NCBI GenBank assembly: GCA_037386725.1
Contig: JARRLT010000002.1
Location: forward strand, 1-45,414
From: Promethearchaeota archaeon
GTDB taxonomy: Archaea; Asgardarchaeota; Lokiarchaeia; Sigyniarchaeales; SOKP01
Reading direction: 5' to 3'
Length of the DNA: 45,414 nucleotides
Under the pieces are notes generated by a model. It searched no databases. It was given only the letters and a program-made list of their open reading frames with translations, and was not told the origin of the DNA. Position 1 is the stretch's first letter; the number at the start of each line of letters is the position of its first letter. Positions 44,301 to 45,414 of the stretch are shown here, piece after piece. Made by a program: the position numbers and the translations under genes.

Positions 44301-45247
44301 AGAAGTAGTATGAATAAAATCCGAAGTTTCGCCGTGTGATACAATAAATATAACGATTTACGAGGTTGTTTAATTGATAGAGAAATATTCTCTGGGAGTT
44401 CTATAATTAAGATAGAAATTAATGATGTTAATAGTGAAAAGATAAAAGATTTGTAAAAGAGGAGAAAAATAGGTATAAGTCCTCCTAATATTAATATCGG
44501 AATTACTCTTCTATTTTTATCTTTTAATTTAATAATACCGTACCCTAAAGAAGCAACATATATCACTCCTTGACAAATAGAAAGAAAAGAAAGTATTGCA
44601 GGAAGAGAAACATGGAAATAAACACTTGTAAAAAATCCTGGAATAACGGTCAAAATAAATAGGAGAGGTAGGAAAAAACCCATAAAAATTCGCTTCTTGA
44701 GCTTTTCTTTGTTAACAATTAAATCGTTATTATGCGTTTTTAATTTTCTTTTGCCTTTTCCCTTTTTATGCTTATATCCACTTCTTTTTAACGTTCTTTT
44801 TATTTTAAATAAGTGGAAAGAACTTTTGAAGTCATATTTATTAAGGATCTCTAAACAAAGCTTTTTGATTAATAAGATCCTAACTCTTGAAAGGTTAATT
44901 TGAGAGATTCGTTCTTCAAACGTTAACCGGTTTTTAGAAAATTTGTATAAATCATCTTTAAATGTAAACCCAAGTATTTTGGAACAAGATAGATGAAAAA
45001 TAATACTTTTATAAGCATTTACTAATATTACTGCTCGACTAATGAGTGATAGCTGTTTAGATGTGAAAAGTGAAAGTATTTCTTCCAATGGTTCCACGCA
45101 AAATTCGATTTCATATTGAGATACATTATAGCGCTTCAATATATCTTTTATGTGAACTAAATTTAAAGCAAATTGAATGATATTATTTCCTTTTGAATAA
45201 TCCAAGACATCTTTTAAAGATTCATTTGAAGAAAACAAACCTTTCAT
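35267..45247 (-). CDS. Giant ORF-A: 3,326-aa protein with an N-terminal cytoplasmic-looking domain, ~7 TM helices and a very large beta-rich ectodomain (LamG_3, Ig-like, FG-GAP-like modules)
   Basis: 10-kb open frame. The ATG at 45247 overlaps the TGA of the upstream ORF (ATGA). Hydrophobic helices lie at aa ~187-349 and 394-412. A LamG_3 domain lies at aa ~1001-1212 (GKIDEFRIYRKALSNFDIELLKY; residue-to-coordinate mapping verified at N1188 = 41686). Ig-like endings carry the DxxGN motif. There is a single DxDxDG loop (FIDEDGDNYPDNLP). The ORF ends ...SQWNGEQVEKKLMKQPMKL-TAG. Confidence 0.85.
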   Translation of the reverse strand: MKGLFSSNESLKDVLDYSKGNNIIQFALNLVHIKDILKRYNVSQYEIEFCVEPLEEILSLFTSKQLSLISRAVILVNAYKSIIFHLSCSKILGFTFKDDLYKFSKNRLTFEERISQINLSRVRILLIKKLCLEILNKYDFKSSFHLFKIKRTLKRSGYKHKKGKGKRKLKTHNNDLIVNKEKLKKRIFMGFFLPLLFILTVIPGFFTSVYFHVSLPAILSFLSICQGVIYVASLGYGIIKLKDKNRRVIPILILGGLIPIFLLFYKSFIFSLLTSLISILIIELPENISLSIKQPRKSLYLLYHTAKLRILFILLLISVGFFGFCFIWAPDYLGLPTMIILIVIVIFTVKCKYYKQKKINERKYEYSNTLKRRFGIKRKGFKKYDPSNVRHPRATILMCFFLVCLPLVFGVNSLGTVTTPPLEFARVPSDLRISGGNFYGDLNFEEDFDFSQMFTINDEIVVRCFSDPIFGQSGVIHVRINPINVTEVEGRDIEDDYDLFSEYSRFGFSRKLFVKIKFNELKLNPGKYEFKISYGLLSGFGYRESQPNTYNLELGKDNLKILSADPFEIESKYGYEAGFITTMATEEYWNVTFAGQVINSIGQGVQLDKLDLYLQRGVTYGDPIATINTDKFGYFHYEHIIYGSIRMNMLGAAGHVETALYNELFQDEYIGLEDPINGNRFFIDEDGDNYPDNLPTIDEFLDSLRNSIAPVFQFEVGRTIIYGTIDYGYSSLIMFENEYQDPVVISHIETREGDESVEVRVKDVNSTSCVLFMQERDGDNHTPENVSYIIMEKGNWELSPDNIKIEANSVFTDSVHTDSDAYEGVTVDFTQNFTSTPVVLFSLNNYYNNEYKHSILYNSSATSFTIQQANGFEPIPTVGERISYIAIEAGKSGIFENHIWETGLANDGTKDGVDDTPHSITYVKSYSKKPLIFVDQQTQSEPESSLARGAGYHSTTQYQVYAEETQNRNDVGSRDHSDEIFGWLIFDEPFSYYYTPPLPDLAFHAQFNESSGSVTHDSAENYMGLLMGNTTWTDGVIGSGLYFSESNEDYINYSSIAGNIFETNAEFTITGFINPSSFSSSKSVNNVTNLFFSSGNIELGIYNSRLHVYIDGENNQVTAVYGDKSIDVNKYSFFALRFDQGEVNVFLGDKWFNSSIGDVSQPWIDSMFINLGDNLTLGGDRFNISSFNGKIDEFRIYRKALSNFDIELLKYDQITIANVSILKDSEEEGWVPISQGESLEDYILFNSEVELNPRTPIDKVEFYLSDTNPNMTSPNERLWTKIKEFDIEQASYNYVMNSRDIPDSNWYFIAKVIGNTGGSFENIAYSAYSINNATGYFEIDHFHDSLDILYLDLQGRINHNSEISIDAIQDFGGQINSIDLYVNYSDNIDYLNSFSSSYLSSHYNIIPLNSLLDWKVQNGLEDGEFNASFIIDANFTFSPFKKFYYYNYSLDPIIIDFNSPVIYLEQIEFPKVFNDPSDYYLNLLINSTLDDIDTIRLDFKYDTPEATWITFETYTIQELPKLIQFNIKNLRDSKVHFRLISYDRFGNSFILTNDSYYFIKNFNEGEFIINGFDAPYYTVNKNGLIDLNVSIKPYDNDISSIRVSTPYESFILSYRECLGNNYIFEDSYQNNDDIALTPIFYSIYGTDFVDIPITIRYYQNQTVVGVDQVIITATYSAYKDVIQINDLSWIDYAAIDNVYLSFATSYDSYNNSQGIPFIVDNSYPYLGIWDSKNRLVDTIVFHENYDSTYNELYPNIEIQENYFVIPRPILLPNDICSVQNVYVNGTSYEFSYLIDSSNILITLDSNEYLDSISDIEIDYLTTSSLRTNSQYVGSYNFTTLPQGYYKLKAYFKDISGTISTYAINNYLFDYDGPQITKLFGNTEEQIDKCINPENGTIEFEIYDPSTIKDWNLNVSILGYWEVIDTSYIFHFNDSSLIDGNYTYKLTCVDMLNQSSFTTFTLYIDNLEPEFTEITNEEFTFSGLYSIIVNINEASGYYTLDLRLERDATGTIYTDFDYSKKQIDVDRWQFLIDVTQFPPGNYSVFVICTDQAGNSREAYKLDRYFDAIPPVLNEITHTVYFEGTEEVFEITEGLYFNGNDNISLTAEDITYDGFDWGDIEALLGHKKGVYNVSMRYTNPLSYQKLLLDTPLSFDDYLYKIIGFGDPVIFDTSLIKEMQQIFINGKKVEFELITQGGALFVKIDEDYRYLLNPSYSNFIYAEFYELNPQKIPLTFDLGTHKWILDQFNISEYNNAIDQDKFLFWFELEDGNGYATHYLRMPNVLISEKFEGSYDPHIDKSEGTLYRWNLGKDASNNGILCLGTEDLSDCTLLLNTSITNRTRLGTMDIKEIIAYGSEIQANWQEIGKFTFLGYDKWALVVTPSMLDQISSINYIRVTLFDYGHNYISEIAPIAIYDYSNIKLLTNILYEQIFEYDPSEPQNLQVIDGQITNYFDNEQFWSIIAEYYDSARYRWIDLYTNPALITTTEYAGTRYEITWDMNQDIDFLKNMQNTSTSYLPFLVTPETDQNLYGSWGMFSRGIYQPIIISREQENLHLSIFNYSFISGWTNDFDLSKLEDPITSIEGQRFKLFDTNNDGFQEIIRILPNRIDILYFNTTTYSWKLKSNVTNIQNTEILAFDANKIDGNSIAVSASVSVDENIILAKYQFGTNFNLIKQAETTLDYNILPTSIKIVENFTYFNKKAILLGGFINQSYYSKLLLLDYNFKLEHIIEESILGKISVIEFLRNDNYDKVSVGLDLSIIGERDRVIVYEHNVNTGEWEKYELSGFDTGRLHILDLLAINENSEEKLVIASTKGIFEYTLIHNTDIFDFSKPLLPAYEIFSKSNLTSNTPTITLKYTPVDRIEKVMYKTSLGWFELSKDKYDFSRWEIILDLSSIYSQLTHIKIVYAYESYTQSEKTYLDTEFNKYSGTTNTTSFSAFNKYFANTNFSLQWENPNSENWMVIPHNIPYQFTPIASRYKGSKGITSVATLSNQLIAKDYLKFNLSNIPYFGDLVGIKGLKEDYDDIIYDYPLTKFEVTEDQLILDPMYKGLFKYINIEYVPQIYLEYRDNYWYIPNSITLGNTQFSDPLFITNVRDDAEIFGTFSHPDIKVNYTLGTDAIGDLFLNFTQPTQLVGIPAGAVFYSSFNGSQVGIPSIQDNFIYGYNIIDSDSDFITGSFRIDFTSGFDRSRFSESRFSITSYKAIADIFSYNSYTDEKISIGTFISDINQDNLGFKEHILSFNIEDISYSGEKDVCLELLRKTMLKGDDTDLLVEFRTEIDSKLNGHEFIACYSQEIKDFSFTPRFNISESQWNGEQVEKKLMKQPMKL
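35294..35301 (-). promoter_or_regulatory. A8 homopolymer forming an A_AAA_AAA -1 slippery heptamer in the ORF-A frame, inside the ORF-A/ORF-B overlap; candidate recoding, phase-variation or assembly-indel site
   Basis: The plus strand has T8 at 35294-35301. In the ORF-A frame the minus strand reads GTA GAA AAA AAA TTG ATG ... TAG. In the ORF-B frame it reads AGT AGA AAA AAA ATT GAT GAA. ORF-A codons start at positions congruent to 1 mod 3 and ORF-B codons at 2 mod 3, so a -1 shift connects them. Both frames are open across 35336-35270. Confidence 0.5.
36850..37520 (-). other. FG-GAP/VCBS-like beta-propeller-type region in ORF-A
   Basis: LFDTNNDGFQEIIRILPNRIDILYF..., AFDANKIDGNSIAVSASV..., KKAILLGGFINQSY..., DRVIVYEHNVNTGEWEKYEL... 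The pattern is blade-like, with DxNxDG loops. The assignment rests on resemblance only. Confidence 0.35.
39040..39960 (-). repeat. Three tandem ~100-aa Ig-like beta-sandwich domains in ORF-A with G.Y.h.h...D..GN...h.h..D..(P)P endings
   Basis: QGYYKLKAYFKDISGTISTYAINNYLFDYDGPQI (~39690), GNYTYKLTCVDMLNQSSFTTFTLYIDNLEPEF (~39390) and PGNYSVFVICTDQAGNSREAYKLDRYFDAIPPVL (~39090), spaced ~300 nt apart. A related ending, KVHFRLISYDRFGNSFILTNDSYYF, lies at ~40600. Confidence 0.5.
41612..42247 (-). other. LamG_3 / concanavalin A-like lectin domain in ORF-A (aa ~1001-1212)
   Basis: LAFHAQFNESSGSVTHDSAENYMGLLMGNTTWTDGVIGSGLYFSESNEDYINY...EFTITGFINPSS...YSFFALRFDQGEVNVFLGDKW...FNGKIDEFRIYRKALSNFDIELLKY. 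It has the full canonical order of PF13385 elements. Confidence 0.75.
42278..43105 (-). repeat. Three tandem ~85-95-aa modules in ORF-A (aa ~712-989) with an H-type-lectin-like sequence pattern
   Basis: Each unit has Fxxx(Y/F)xxxP(V/L)(V/I), then a (N/S)(V/S)(T/S)xx(S/G)(C/F)xh strand, then an E-rich loop with H/E..E.hxYhhhE. Unit a: SLIMFENEYQDPVVISHIE...VKDVNSTSCVLFMQE...HTPENVSYIIMEKG. Unit b: VTVDFTQNFTSTPVVLFSL...YNSSATSFTIQQ...ERISYIAIEAG. Unit c: SITYVKSYSKKPLIFVDQ...HSDEIFGWLIFDEP. Confidence 0.35.
44006..44689 (-). other. Transmembrane block of ORF-A: six helices, a polybasic loop and a seventh signal-anchor-like helix
   Basis: IFMGFFLPLLFILTVIPGFFTSV / SLPAILSFLSICQGVIYVASLGYG / VIPILILGGLIPIFLLFY / FIFSLLTSLISILIIEL / LRILFILLLISVGFFGFCFIW / LPTMIILIVIVIFTV, then KCKYYKQKKINERKYEYSNTLKRRFGIKRKGFKKYDPSNVRHPR, then ATILMCFFLVCLPLVFGVNSLG. 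The distribution of basic loops fits the positive-inside rule, with the N-terminus inside and the giant domain outside. Confidence 0.65.
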
Positions 45248-45414
45248 TCTGCTCTCGAGATCTGCTCGATAGGTCTTTTCAAGAAAATAATATTTATTAA
45301 GTAAGAATTGAATATCAGTTTCAAGTTTTTCACTTCCTGCCGTTTAATCAGTTCAACGGCAGAAGCCACATGGCTTATTGTAAACAAACATAACCTGAAG
45401 CCTGACGACGTGGA
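45244..45414 (-). CDS. 3' end of an upstream ORF (edge-truncated), translationally coupled to ORF-A through an ATGA overlap
   Basis: Manual translation of the minus strand from 45414 gives 56 sense codons, STSSGFRLCLFTISHVASAVELIKRQEVKNLKLIFNSYLINIIFLKRPIEQISRAE, followed by TGA at 45246-45244, which overlaps the ORF-A ATG (45247-45245). A stop-free run of this length is unlikely by chance in DNA this AT-rich. It is absent from the track because it has no start inside the window. Confidence 0.4.
   Translation of the reverse strand, partial: STSSGFRLCLFTISHVASAVELIKRQEVKNLKLIFNSYLINIIFLKRPIEQISRAE

Noticed and set aside
9356-44903. About a dozen 60-87-aa ORFs on either strand inside ORF-A and ORF-B (for example 9356-9550, 15131-15328, 30488-30751, 42028-42291 and 44697-44903)
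   Set aside because: All are nested in the giant frames, short, and give hydrophobic or low-complexity shadow-frame translations. None has an independent signal.
2165-45247. Search by eye for catalytic or sorting motifs in the three giants (Walker A GxxxxGK[ST], HExxH, RTX GGxGxD nonapeptides, LPXTG, PGF-CTERM-like tails)
   Set aside because: None was found. This is a visual scan of about 14,400 residues and is not exhaustive, so it needs profile searches.
45337-45362. Perfect 8-bp stem hairpin (CTGCCGTT-10 nt-AACGGCAG) upstream of ORF-A
   Set aside because: It lies inside the open frame of the upstream ORF and is not followed by a T-tract on either strand. It is probably coincidental and not a terminator.
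1-45414. CRISPR arrays, IS elements or transposases, integrases, rRNA genes, and near-identical DNA tandem repeats
   Set aside because: I saw no spaced direct repeats, inverted terminal repeats, recombinase-like ORFs or rRNA-like GC-rich blocks. Apart from 676-926, the window is coding throughout.

Overview
This window is strongly AT-rich (roughly 30% G+C by eye, not computed). About 95% of it (2165-45247) is a single co-directional minus-strand cassette of three overlapping giant ORFs, 14,397 codons in total: ORF-A 35267-45247 (3,326 aa), ORF-B 8730-35321 (8,863 aa) and ORF-C 2165-8791 (2,208 aa). An edge-truncated fourth ORF (45244-45414) precedes them, and its TGA overlaps the ORF-A ATG. 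ORF-A begins with a ~185-aa helical, cytoplasmic-looking domain, a polybasic linker and about 7 transmembrane helices. A huge beta-rich ectodomain follows, with LamG/ConA-like, Ig-like and FG-GAP-like modules. ORF-B has no signal peptide. It carries LamG_3 domains, six ConA-like modules with a conserved GFSWDPNY-type end signature and four ~350-aa diverged super-repeats, and it ends in a two-helix membrane hairpin. The 55-nt ORF-A/ORF-B overlap contains an A8 run that forms a canonical A_AAA_AAA -1 slippery heptamer in the ORF-A frame. A -1 shift, or one missing A in the assembly, would fuse the two ORFs into a ~12,170-aa polypeptide anchored in the membrane at both ends. ORF-C differs in composition (K/E/L-rich, non-repetitive) and has no motif I can recognise. 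The left flank holds three things: a convergent leucine-rich-repeat protein gene (927-2315, with a 151-nt antisense overlap with ORF-C); a 65-nt tRNA-Val(GAC)-like unit (774-838) that lacks a D-arm and a proper 5' acceptor strand but is framed by a TATA-like box and a T-tract; and a partial Cys-rich membrane protein gene (1-675). I saw no rRNA, CRISPR array, transposase or integrase. Promoter geometry and tRNA features look archaeal, but taxonomy cannot be settled from this window. The giant cassette is the candidate undescribed system: a membrane-tethered mega surface structure plus an orphan 2,208-aa partner.
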